Part shown: one piece after another, positions 46,380 through 54,558 of the stretch
How the letters are laid out: each line of letters begins with the position of its first letter
Position numbering within the stretch: position 1 is the stretch's first letter
Source of the DNA: an uncultured Gammaproteobacteria bacterium
GTDB lineage: Bacteria; Pseudomonadota; Gammaproteobacteria; Steroidobacterales; Woeseiaceae
Direction of reading: 5' to 3'
Assembly (NCBI GenBank): GCA_963922215.1
Contig: CAWUHY010000001.1
Coordinates: 1,246 to 65,245, forward strand
DNA: 64,000 nucleotides
Notes under the pieces: generated by a model
Told to the model about the DNA's origin: nothing
Databases searched by the model: none
Seen by the model: the letters and a program-made list of their open reading frames with translations, nothing else
Program-made: the position numbers and the translations under genes

Positions 46380-46537
46380 GAATCGGGGCTGAAGCCCCTC
46401 CCACAGTACTGCAAAAGACGCCTGTGGGAGCGGCTTCAGCCGCGATTCTTTTAACAACGGCAAAGGTGCGTTCATTCAGCTTGCGCGAAAACTGAATGAT
46501 TGCCGCATTCGCTAGCTTGGCTTCAGCCGCGATTCCT
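46380..46537. repeat. REP-like extragenic repeat cluster in a convergent intergenic region
   Basis: An inverted pair of 27-nt units: GAATCGGGGCTGAAGCCCCTCCCACAG at 46380-46406, and its near-reverse-complement at 46422-46448. Next to it is an ~85-nt element (46451-46537, inverted orientation) related to the copies at 48.03 and 49.4 kb. That element contains an 8-bp-stem hairpin at 46472-46499. Confidence 0.8.
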
Positions 46538-46542
46538 CCCGG

Positions 46543-47052
46543 CTAAGCCCGAACGACGTGCGTCCCCGCGATCAGATCGTGAATACAGCGACGGTCTTCG
46601 CGGAAAATAAACAGCGCATTGATCAGTCCGAAGAGACCGCCGATAAGCGGGATCGCTCCAACAATCCAGACTGGGAGATAGCGCAGACCGACAACTTTGC
46701 CAAGAGGAAGAATCTTGCCGTCCTGTACCGCCACGATGCGCACACTCATGATCTTCTTGCCGACGGTCTGCCCGCTGTTCGCAAGGAAGTAGCCGTTGAT
46801 CAACAGGAAGGCGCCCATTCCGAGCAGTGTGCTCGTGATCGCCGTGCCGAGCGCGGGCCCGGTCGCCGCCGGGTCGATCAAACCGAGCATGAACATCAGC
46901 GGAATAGCAACGACCATAATCAACAGGCCGTCGATGATGACCGCAACGAGTCGCGCTCCCCGACCCGCCAGCTCGTCAGCGAGCGGCGTGTCCACGTCGG
47001 CATCAGGCGCCGAATAGAGGTTTTCTTCACTCATTCCCATCCCCTTGTCCAA
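46543..47052 (-). CDS. RDD family membrane protein
   Basis: 169 aa. N-terminal NLYSAPDADV motif. RDD-type core (GRGARLVAVIIDGLL ... GQTVGKKIMSVRIV ... RCIHDLIAGTHVV). Confidence 0.8.
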   Translation of the reverse strand: MDKGMGMSEENLYSAPDADVDTPLADELAGRGARLVAVIIDGLLIMVVAIPLMFMLGLIDPAATGPALGTAITSTLLGMGAFLLINGYFLANSGQTVGKKIMSVRIVAVQDGKILPLGKVVGLRYLPVWIVGAIPLIGGLFGLINALFIFREDRRCIHDLIAGTHVVRA

Positions 47053-47153
47053 AGTGTGAATGGGATCAGACCAACTTCAAGGATGTCGGTCAAGTAACGA
47101 TCGCGTATTCTTCGTCACCGGGAGATAACGCTTCGCTTCTTGGGGAGAGCAGC

Positions 47154-48023
47154 ATGAGCACTGAAGACCAGTCCATTTACAGCGCACCGGATTCCGATAC
47201 GTCCGTTGCATCATCTGACAATTTGATGGCGGCTTACGTCGGTCCCAAGCGGGCCGAGTATTACGCCGCACGCTTCCAGAACATCGAAAACGGCCAATCC
47301 CTTTCCTGGCACTGGCCGGCATTCTTCATTTCGTCAGCCTGGTTCCTGTACCGCAAGATGTGGCTGATGGCACTGGGCTACTGGATCGGGTTGCCGGTGG
47401 CGCTGACCGTGATCCAGCTTATCCTGACATCGCTGGTAAGCCCGGCCGCGGGTTCAATCGCCTACTTTGTGCTCTACCTCGTTATCGCGTTTATGCTTGT
47501 GCCGATGTTTGCGAACAAGCTGTACTACGATCACGTGTCCGCGAAAGTGCAGAAGATTAACCAGACCGGACTGAGCTACGAACAGAAATCCGAAGAGCTC
47601 GCGCGAAAGGGCGGCACGAGCATCATCGCCTACTTCCTGATCCTGATTCCGTTGATCGGTATCCTCGCAGCCATCGCGATTCCGGCCTACCAGGACTACA
47701 CGATTCGTGCGCAGGTGTCGGAAGGTCTCAGCCTGTCGCAAGGCGCGAAGTCTGCAGTTGTCGAGTATGTGCAGAACAACCCGGACTGGCCCGTTGATAA
47801 TGCAGCGGTCGGCTTGCCGGACGCAGCGGAAATCAACGGCAACTACGTGCAGTCAGTCGCGGTTGAGCAAGGCGACATCGTGATCACTTACGGCGGGCAG
47901 GCGAACAGCTTGATCCAGTCAAGTGAGCTCGTTTTGACGGCGAATGCTATCGATGGAGTTCTTGAGTGGGGCTGCTACTCGGACGACATCGAGCGGAAGT
48001 GGTTGCCGGCGGCTTGTCGCTAG
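47154..48023 (+). CDS. DUF2628-like membrane domain fused to a type IV pilin-like globular domain (no prepilin leader)
   Basis: 289 aa. N-terminal SIYSAPDSD motif and a DUF2628-like region (WHWPAFFISSAWFLYRKMW). The C-terminal GILAAIAIPAYQDYTIRAQVSEG... pilin alpha1-C/globular domain ends in a Cys pair (WGC ... AAC). The G/FTLIE cleavage site and Glu5 are absent. Confidence 0.7.
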   Translation: MSTEDQSIYSAPDSDTSVASSDNLMAAYVGPKRAEYYAARFQNIENGQSLSWHWPAFFISSAWFLYRKMWLMALGYWIGLPVALTVIQLILTSLVSPAAGSIAYFVLYLVIAFMLVPMFANKLYYDHVSAKVQKINQTGLSYEQKSEELARKGGTSIIAYFLILIPLIGILAAIAIPAYQDYTIRAQVSEGLSLSQGAKSAVVEYVQNNPDWPVDNAAVGLPDAAEINGNYVQSVAVEQGDIVITYGGQANSLIQSSELVLTANAIDGVLEWGCYSDDIERKWLPAACR

Positions 48024-48030
48024 ATTAGTG

Positions 48031-48172
48031 AATCGCGGCTAAAGCCAAGACCTAGGCCGCATCAGTCTTACACGTCACGCCGTAGCTGATCGAACGCACC
48101 TGTGTCGTAGTGAGTAGAATCGCGGACAAATCCGCTCCCTCAGGCACCTTTGCACTGTGGGAGCGGATTCAC
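48031..48172. repeat. REP-like composite element (copy downstream of the ompA-like gene)
   Basis: GAATCGCGGCTAAAGCCAAG ... ACACGTCACGCCGTAGCTGATCGAACGCACCTGTG ... followed by a unit pair (GAATCGCGGACAAATCCGCTCCCTCAG / CTGTGGGAGCGG). Roughly 80% identical, by eye, to 49407-49494 in the same orientation. Confidence 0.75.
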
Positions 48173-48183
48173 CGGAAATGCGA

Positions 48184-49359
48184 CTACCGCTCCGTGACGC
48201 GTAGCACGACGCGGCGGTTTTGCGCCTTGCCGGTTGCGGTCGAATTGTCTGCAATCGGCTCTGACTCGCCGTAGCCGCGCGTCGTCATGCGATCTGCTGC
48301 AACGCCCCGGGCCTGGAGATAGGCGCGAACAGTTTCAGCGCGTCTCGCTGACAGATCCTGGTTGTAGGCCGCTGCGCCATCGCTGTCCGTATGCCCGGCA
48401 ACTTCAACCTTGATTTCCGGATTGCGGCGGAGTGTCTCCGCGGCATTGTTCAGTACTGTCTCGGCACCCGGCAGCAACGTCGCACGATTGGATTCGAAGT
48501 TGACACCTGGCAGCTTGATCTCTTCCTTGATCTCGCAGCCGGCGACGTCCACCTGCGCACCCTCACGCGTATTCGGGCAGCGATCCAGTCGGTCCACAAC
48601 ACCGTCACCGTCGCTGTCGAGTTCGCAGCCGTTCGCATCAACCGCGGCACCGCGTACGGTACCCGGACACTGGTCCTGATAGTCGGCCACTCCGTCGCCG
48701 TCACTGTCGACCGGGCAGCCGTTGGCATCAACGGAAACACCGGCCGGCGTGCTCATGCAGCGATCACGGCTGTCCGGCACGCCGTCACCGTCGGAGTCGG
48801 GGTCAACGGGCTCCGGCGGAGGCGTCGGTATCGACGGGCGCCCGCCAAAAGATTTTTGCAGGCCTAAAGAAATAAATTGATCGCCAAAGTCGGAATCGTC
48901 TGCGCGGTAACGGTATTCGCCGCGCAGCGATACGCCGGAGTCACCAAACACGTCAGCCAGAATTCCGAGGCCGGCGCCGAGCGCTGCGCCGTCGTCACCC
49001 GGCTGGTCCCGGATGTCAGTCTCAAGTTTGCTGAGACCGACGAAGGCATACGGAGAGAGCGTGCCGTCGCGATTGAAAACGCGCTGCAGGTCGAAACCGA
49101 ATTCGTAGTGCTTTTGCGGGACGAAGCCATCAGCGTCGTTCAGCGTGAGCATGGCTTCGACGTTCCAGTTTTCGTTGAGGATAAAGCCAAAACCAAGACG
49201 CCCGGCTGAAACGCCATCGTCGGCAAGACGGTCCGGGTCATCGTCGTAGAAGCTGATCATTCCCGAGATGAAGTTAGTGTCGTCCGTGTCGGCGTAAGTC
49301 GTGGCTGACAGAGCCAGCGCGCCGGCAAAGAGAAGGCTTGCGAGAATTCGAACAGTCAT
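48184..49359 (-). CDS. OmpA family outer-membrane protein with thrombospondin type 3 (calcium-binding) repeats
   Basis: 391 aa. Signal peptide, N-terminal beta-barrel region, repeated D.DGDGV.D..D.CP motifs, and a C-terminal OmpA domain (NFESNRATL ... GHTDSDGAAAYNQDLSARRA). Confidence 0.9.
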   Translation of the reverse strand: MTVRILASLLFAGALALSATTYADTDDTNFISGMISFYDDDPDRLADDGVSAGRLGFGFILNENWNVEAMLTLNDADGFVPQKHYEFGFDLQRVFNRDGTLSPYAFVGLSKLETDIRDQPGDDGAALGAGLGILADVFGDSGVSLRGEYRYRADDSDFGDQFISLGLQKSFGGRPSIPTPPPEPVDPDSDGDGVPDSRDRCMSTPAGVSVDANGCPVDSDGDGVADYQDQCPGTVRGAAVDANGCELDSDGDGVVDRLDRCPNTREGAQVDVAGCEIKEEIKLPGVNFESNRATLLPGAETVLNNAAETLRRNPEIKVEVAGHTDSDGAAAYNQDLSARRAETVRAYLQARGVAADRMTTRGYGESEPIADNSTATGKAQNRRVVLRVTER

Positions 49360-49406
49360 CGGTCACTCCAGAAAAAGTGTGTGTTTCACCCGGCGGATTG
49401 AAATTT

Positions 49407-49510
49407 AGCGAAGCCAAGCCGAAGGCCTGATCTATCGTACACGTCACGCGGCAGCTGATCGAACGCACCAGTGTCGTACTTCGTAGAATCGGGGCTTCAG
49501 CCCCGACAAA
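49407..49510. repeat. REP-like composite element (copy upstream of the ompA-like gene)
   Basis: AAGCCAAGCCGAAGG ... ACACGTCACGCGGCAGCTGATCGAACGCACCAGTG ... GAATCGGGGCTTCAGCCCCGAC. Direct-repeat partner of 48031-48125. Confidence 0.75.
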
Positions 49511-49523
49511 CGCATCCGCAGCG

Positions 49524-51995
49524 TCAGCCCGCCAGATTCTCCGCGATTCCCGTCAGCGTGGCTGCCAGTGCTTCCGCGCGATTCGTCGCCGCTGCGTCAC
49601 CGTCCAGTTTACGTACATCGCGTGCCAGACGCTTCAGCGCCTTTGCGACGCCGCGAATGTCCTTGCCAGACTCCAAAGCAGCCTCCGACTGGTTTAGAGC
49701 AGCGGTTAATTCCTGTTCCATTTCCGCCGACAGCATGTCGTTGCGCTTCAGCTGGTCGATGTACGCACGTGCGACGACCGGCTCCGCCGGCCAGGCGACC
49801 GGGAACTGCTGCTGCGGATTGAACACGCCGCCCTGGTCGGCGAGCGCCGCGGCGGCGATCTCGTTTTCTGTCAGGTGTTCGCTCGGCAGCAGCGCGAAGA
49901 CGTCGAGGCCGCGCGAAATTTCGGTGGCGTAAATGCGTCCGTTGTACCAGTAGCTCGACCAGTAGCCGCCGAGGATCATTTCCTCCGAGTCGATCGGGCC
50001 GCGGTCGAAGTAGGCAATTTCTTCAGGGTTCGCCGAATCCGTGAAGTCGACGACTGAAATGCCGCCCTGGTACCAGGACTGAACGAAGATGTCGCGTCCC
50101 GGCACGGGGATGATCGAGCCGTTGTGCGCGACGCAGTTTTCCTGCTCGCTCTGCGGGGCCGGCATCTTGTAGTGGCTGCGGTAAATCAGCTCGCCGTCGA
50201 CGATGTCGTAGATCGCATCGGCGCCCCAGTCCAGCGGGTCCCAGGCGCGACAGCGCGGACGGCCGCCGCCGCCCCACTCATCGGTGAAAATGACTTTCGT
50301 GCCATCGTTGTTAAACGTCGCGGAGTGCCAGTAGGCGAATCCCTTGTCCTGCACAACGTCAAGCCGCTTCGGCTTCAGCGGATCGGAGATGTCGAAGATG
50401 ATGCCGTTACCGGAGCACGCACCGGCCGCCAGCTTGGCCGACGGAAACACGGTGATGTCATGGCATTCATCGGTCACCTGCGTTTCCTGCGTGCCGTCGC
50501 CGTGGTCGCCGCCGCGCCAGAGGCCGGCCAGCTCGCCGGTTTTCTCGTCCGCAAAGACAGCGGGGCTGTCGACGATGCGGGCTTTCGACGGATCGTCCAC
50601 CGGAATTTCGATGACGTCGATCCGGAACAGCGCGTTCCGGGAGTCGCCGGGCACATCGATGCAGCCCGCGAGCTCTTCTTCCGGCCGGATGGACGAGGTG
50701 CCGGAGTTGTAAACGATGATCTTGCCGTCGTCGCCCGGGCCGGAGACGACGGAGTGCGTGTGCGAACCGCGGCAGGTCTGGACCGCGCCGACCTGGCGCG
50801 GGCGACTCAGGTCACTGATGTCGAAAATACGCAGTCCGCGGAAGCGCTCGTCGCTGACGTCTTCGCTGATGCCCTGCAGCCCGCAGTCGAGACGACCGCG
50901 GGTTTCCTGCGCCGACATCAGCAACAGGTCGCCGACAATCGAGACGTCGCCCTGGCCGCCCGGGCAGACGATCGAGCTCAAGAGCGATGGCACGCCCTCG
51001 TTGGCCAGCTTGTAGATGTTGTAGCCGTGGTAGTTGCCCGTAATTAGCGTGTTGCCGGCAAAGGCCATGTCCGTGTTCGCGAAGCTTAAGAGCGGGGAGC
51101 GCTCTTCGTCTTCCATGTCCTTGTCTTCAAGCTCGATCTCGGAAATCGGCTCGCCGCGCTCTTCAGCGAGCACTTCTTTCAGGCGACTGAGCGGCAGACC
51201 GGCCGGGTTGGCCGGATCGTAGAAACCAACCGGCTTCGGCTGTTCGCTGACCAGTTCGAGGTTCGAGATTGCCGTGCCTGCATTGCGGAAGCCGGCGGCG
51301 AGGCTGGCACGGGGGTCGTCGGAGAGGCTGCGCAGGACGGCGTGCATGCGTTCGATTTCCGCGTTCTGGTCATTCTTGACGTCGCTCGTGAAGTCGTAGA
51401 GCACCGGATCGTAGGCGGACCCCGGTTGTTCGAGCAGGTCATCGACCATCGTAATCGCGCCTTCGTGGTGGCGGATCATCAGCTCGAGGAACAGTCGGTC
51501 GAAATCCGTGGCTTTCGAATTCGCGAGCTCTGCCATCTGTTCGGGTGTCGCCATGCCATCCATCTTCGGCATGTCGTGCCCGTGGTGTCCGTGATGCGCC
51601 ATCGGGTCGGCCGGCTTCTCGCCGCGCGCCTCGAGCCAGCCCTGCATGAATGCGATCTCATCGGCCTGCGAAGCCTCGATACGCCCCGCGATCTCGACGA
51701 TTTCCGGGCGGTTCGTTCGTTCGCCTACGAGCTCGGCCATTTCCAGCGCCTGCTGGTGATGGGGAATCATGCCGCGCATGAAGGCGACGTCGTCCGCCGT
51801 GTAGCCGGTATCGGCGATATCGATCGCTTCGTCGGCGGTCAGCTCACGCGTGTCCTGTCCGGGAGCGCCCGGCTGGACAATCTTCGGCTGCTGCGTCGCA
51901 TCCTGGGCAAAAACGGTTGCCGCGAGGAAGAGGGGCAGGGAGCAAAGGAGAAAAAGCTGTGTCGGCGAAAGTCGACGGCGGACCAGGGTTTTCAT
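49524..51995 (-). CDS. Secreted DUF305 (duplicated MIPHH-type four-helix) domain fused to an LVIVD-repeat beta-propeller protein
   Basis: 823 aa. Signal peptide. Two DUF305-type motifs (MIPHHQQALEMAELV, MIRHHEGAITMVDDLL). A long beta-rich region with LVIVD-like repeats (GDLLLMS, GKIIVYNSG, IYATE). Helical C-terminal tail. Confidence 0.6.
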   Translation of the reverse strand: MKTLVRRRLSPTQLFLLCSLPLFLAATVFAQDATQQPKIVQPGAPGQDTRELTADEAIDIADTGYTADDVAFMRGMIPHHQQALEMAELVGERTNRPEIVEIAGRIEASQADEIAFMQGWLEARGEKPADPMAHHGHHGHDMPKMDGMATPEQMAELANSKATDFDRLFLELMIRHHEGAITMVDDLLEQPGSAYDPVLYDFTSDVKNDQNAEIERMHAVLRSLSDDPRASLAAGFRNAGTAISNLELVSEQPKPVGFYDPANPAGLPLSRLKEVLAEERGEPISEIELEDKDMEDEERSPLLSFANTDMAFAGNTLITGNYHGYNIYKLANEGVPSLLSSIVCPGGQGDVSIVGDLLLMSAQETRGRLDCGLQGISEDVSDERFRGLRIFDISDLSRPRQVGAVQTCRGSHTHSVVSGPGDDGKIIVYNSGTSSIRPEEELAGCIDVPGDSRNALFRIDVIEIPVDDPSKARIVDSPAVFADEKTGELAGLWRGGDHGDGTQETQVTDECHDITVFPSAKLAAGACSGNGIIFDISDPLKPKRLDVVQDKGFAYWHSATFNNDGTKVIFTDEWGGGGRPRCRAWDPLDWGADAIYDIVDGELIYRSHYKMPAPQSEQENCVAHNGSIIPVPGRDIFVQSWYQGGISVVDFTDSANPEEIAYFDRGPIDSEEMILGGYWSSYWYNGRIYATEISRGLDVFALLPSEHLTENEIAAAALADQGGVFNPQQQFPVAWPAEPVVARAYIDQLKRNDMLSAEMEQELTAALNQSEAALESGKDIRGVAKALKRLARDVRKLDGDAAATNRAEALAATLTGIAENLAG

Positions 51996-52072
51996 AAGCA
52001 GATTCCACGGCGTTTTCGTTAGCCGGCTAAATTAACAAAAGTTGCTGTTTCTCGCGTAACCAAATGTTGCTG

Positions 52073-52260
52073 CTCCACAAGAGCTGCAACGTCCTGATTC
52101 AGCCCCGCACAGGCGCTTTCGATGGAGCGTGAGCGAAGCCCATAGGACCTTCTGACCTTCAAGTTCCTCCCACAGAAACTGCAACGTACTGATTTGGCTC
52201 CGCACCGGCGCCTTCGATGACGTGTCAGCGAGCCGGATTGGACCATGCGACCCTAAAGTT
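52073..52260. repeat. Two tandem copies of a 94-nt extragenic repeat related to the REP-like family
   Basis: Unit 1 is 52073-52166 and unit 2 is 52167-52260 (CTCC(C)ACA.A..CTGCAACGT.CTGATT ... TTCGATG ... AAGTT). About three quarters of positions are identical by eye. A third partial start (CCCACACTGC) runs into the 3' end of the GNAT gene. Confidence 0.75.
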
Positions 52261-52771
52261 CCCACACTGCTTTCGACAGCGCGTACACCACGTGCGGCGC
52301 GCCGGCGCGTTCTTCCGTGCTGCTCCGCAAGCGCGCGCCGAGTTTCTCGACGGCGCGGCGCGACCGGATATTGTCCTCACCGACCCAGAAGATGACCGTG
52401 TCGACGAACCGGAAGGCGTGGTCGAGCATCAGCTGTTTGATCGCACGGTTCGTTTCACCGCCCCAGTGCGACCGGGCGAGAAACGTCCAGCCGATTTCGA
52501 CTTCGCGCTCGACAGCGTCGAACCCGTTGTAACGGCTCGATCCGATCAGGTCGCCCGACGATCGGTCGACCACCGCGAAAGCGCTCTTGCTCGCCATCGC
52601 ATCTCTGAAGAAAGCGTCGAACACTGTCCGTTTCCAGCGGTCGTGGGCTGGGTGTTGGGCCCAAATCTCAGGATCGCTTGCGACCGCATACAATGCTTCG
52701 AAGTCGTTCTGCATCAGCGGCCGCAGTAGGACACGGTCCGATTCGAGAGTTGGCTGCATTTCAAAATTCAT
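52253..52771 (-). CDS. GNAT family N-acetyltransferase (RimJ/RimL-like)
   Basis: 172 aa. Acetyltransf_3-like pattern (RVLLRPL...DFEALYAV ... EIGWTFLARSHWGGETN ... VGEDNIRSRRAVEKLGA). Confidence 0.85.
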   Translation of the reverse strand: MNFEMQPTLESDRVLLRPLMQNDFEALYAVASDPEIWAQHPAHDRWKRTVFDAFFRDAMASKSAFAVVDRSSGDLIGSSRYNGFDAVEREVEIGWTFLARSHWGGETNRAIKQLMLDHAFRFVDTVIFWVGEDNIRSRRAVEKLGARLRSSTEERAGAPHVVYALSKAVWEL

Positions 52772-54515
52772 TTTTGCAAACGCCTTTGAAGAATTGCGTT
52801 TCGCCGACGTTCGTTTTCGGCCCGAGGTGATTCAACGAGTGATCAATGCCGCCATACCCGCCAGCGAAGGTCGTGATGTTTTCAATGCAGATTCCCTTTT
52901 TTGCCGGTGTCTCAATAGCTGTTCCCAAACGGACCCCCGGATCGCGCGGCTCGCGCACGCCGAAGAAACTGTAAATACCGAGGCCGACCGCGTAGTGGTT
53001 ATCAACAGTTTCGGCGACGCGATAGGACGCGAAGCCCTTCTCGGGTCCGTTCATCCACTCGCTCTGCGACGGCGGATCGTAAGGTATTTCGGACTGGTAG
53101 AAAAATACACGTCCGCGCTCGCCATTCCAGACGGTCTGGTGCTTCTGGAAGTGCTCGTTGAACAGACCGTAGATCGTGACGTCGTCACCGTTTACAACGA
53201 GGCCGTGGTCTGCCTCGTTGTCGGTCCAGCGCGCGCCGGCCCCATGATCCGCGCGCCAGAGCCACGTGTGATCGAGAATTACATCGTCGCTGTTGATCTC
53301 GAGGCAGGTGCCGGCGCGTCCGACAATCGCGCCGCCCACCCGGCAGTAGACGTCGTGCAGGGAGATCGGATTCCGGGAGTGATCGGTCCTGCTGTCCCGC
53401 TCGCCGATTCGTACAAGTACCGGCGAGAGCTCTGGACCGGCATCCACCATAATGCCGGCAATGACGACTCCCGAAACATCGTCCGTCGTCACCGCGGCAT
53501 TGCCGTTCGTCGGCACCAGGGTCGCAAGGCCGAGACCGAAAATCAGTGTGTTGGCATGACGCACCCGGAGCGGTGCGTCGAGCGAGTAAATTCCGGGCGT
53601 TAGCAGCAGGTGCTTTCCACCATAGAGAGCCGCGTTCAGGGTTTGCGCGCTCTCAGACGGGTGTGCAATGTGAAACTGAGAGAGCGGGATATGTTGTCCG
53701 TCCTCACCGCCGGTTTTCCAGGAGACTCCGCGCGTGTTGTGTTGGAGCGACGGTCGAAAGACGCTCCACTCACTGTCACGCAACACGAGGAATGGCTTGT
53801 CCCGGATCACCGGTGTCCTGTCTACGACGGTAGTCGGCTGCGCAGGAAAAGTTTCTGACGGAGCACCGATCGCCCCGACGAAGGTGCGATTCCAGTTGCC
53901 GCCTGTCCATCCGCCGAGCTCCGCATTGCGTGTCAGCCACTGCTGGCCGGTCGTCAGCCCGGCCGTCCCGTCGACAATTGAATTCGCGAGCAGGCCGCCG
54001 CTCGCCCAGCCGCCGAGATCAAATTGCAGGTCTCCGGCGATATGCATCCGACGGTAGGGTGCCGCCTGTGAAACAGCCCAGAAAACCGGATTCTTCGACG
54101 GTACGACCCGAAAGTTTTCGGCTGACCGCCAGAACATGATCGTCACACGATTCTCGCGCGTCGTCGCAATGGACTGCACGGTGCCTTTGATTACGACGTC
54201 GCCCGGGACCTGTCCGAGCCCGGCGGCCTGGACGTAGTAGTCCACCGTTACGTCGAGGTCGTATTCGCCGGGCGCAAATAACAACGCGTAGCGACGCGCG
54301 CTGAACTCGTCATTAGCCTGCCGCGCATGCAGCGCGTCGAGCGTGCGCTGAATTGCGTCCATGTCCATGTCCGGCCTGAACAGCAAGACAGCGTCGCCGA
54401 ACGGCGATCCAAAGCGAGAGGAATCCGTCATGTTCTCCGATTGACCGGAAGCTGTTGCGACTGAGAGTGCGCAGAGTACAGCGCCGATGACGGAGCGGTA
54501 CATTGCTTGCAACAT
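52761..54515 (-). CDS. Secreted right-handed beta-helix (pectin-lyase-fold) protein, putative polysaccharide-active enzyme
   Basis: 584 aa. Signal peptide. Repetitive beta-strand pattern and conserved blocks (FWRSAENFRV, WLWRADHG, FYQSE.PY) that I associate with beta-helix glycoside-hydrolase-like families. The exact family was not determined. Confidence 0.5.
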   Translation of the reverse strand: MLQAMYRSVIGAVLCALSVATASGQSENMTDSSRFGSPFGDAVLLFRPDMDMDAIQRTLDALHARQANDEFSARRYALLFAPGEYDLDVTVDYYVQAAGLGQVPGDVVIKGTVQSIATTRENRVTIMFWRSAENFRVVPSKNPVFWAVSQAAPYRRMHIAGDLQFDLGGWASGGLLANSIVDGTAGLTTGQQWLTRNAELGGWTGGNWNRTFVGAIGAPSETFPAQPTTVVDRTPVIRDKPFLVLRDSEWSVFRPSLQHNTRGVSWKTGGEDGQHIPLSQFHIAHPSESAQTLNAALYGGKHLLLTPGIYSLDAPLRVRHANTLIFGLGLATLVPTNGNAAVTTDDVSGVVIAGIMVDAGPELSPVLVRIGERDSRTDHSRNPISLHDVYCRVGGAIVGRAGTCLEINSDDVILDHTWLWRADHGAGARWTDNEADHGLVVNGDDVTIYGLFNEHFQKHQTVWNGERGRVFFYQSEIPYDPPSQSEWMNGPEKGFASYRVAETVDNHYAVGLGIYSFFGVREPRDPGVRLGTAIETPAKKGICIENITTFAGGYGGIDHSLNHLGPKTNVGETQFFKGVCKNEF

Positions 54516-54558
54516 CGGTAGAGCGGCCGCGAGCTGATGCTGCGGCCGCTACCCTCCG

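Noticed and set aside
46472-46499. 8-bp-stem hairpin TCATTCAG...CTGAATGA, considered as a terminator for the convergent DUF58 and RDD genes
   Set aside because: No U-tract follows on either strand, and it lies inside a copy of the repeat element, so it is more simply explained as part of that element.
46380-52260. The repeat clusters, considered as a possible CRISPR array
   Set aside because: The units are imperfect, of different lengths and orientations, and scattered in separate intergenic regions. There are no regularly spaced unique spacers and no cas genes are present.
52019-52265. Minus-strand ORFs of 75 and 77 aa in the 52.0-52.26 kb intergenic region
   Set aside because: They lie entirely within the 94-nt tandem repeats, and the internal repetition of the peptide mirrors the DNA repeat. 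Not considered coding.
50124-53603. Long plus-strand ORFs 50124..51047 (307 aa), 51342..52022 (226 aa) and 52587..53603 (338 aa)
   Set aside because: Each is antisense to a larger minus-strand ORF with a signal peptide and domain motifs (DUF305-LVIVD, beta-helix protein), and has typical high-GC antisense composition.
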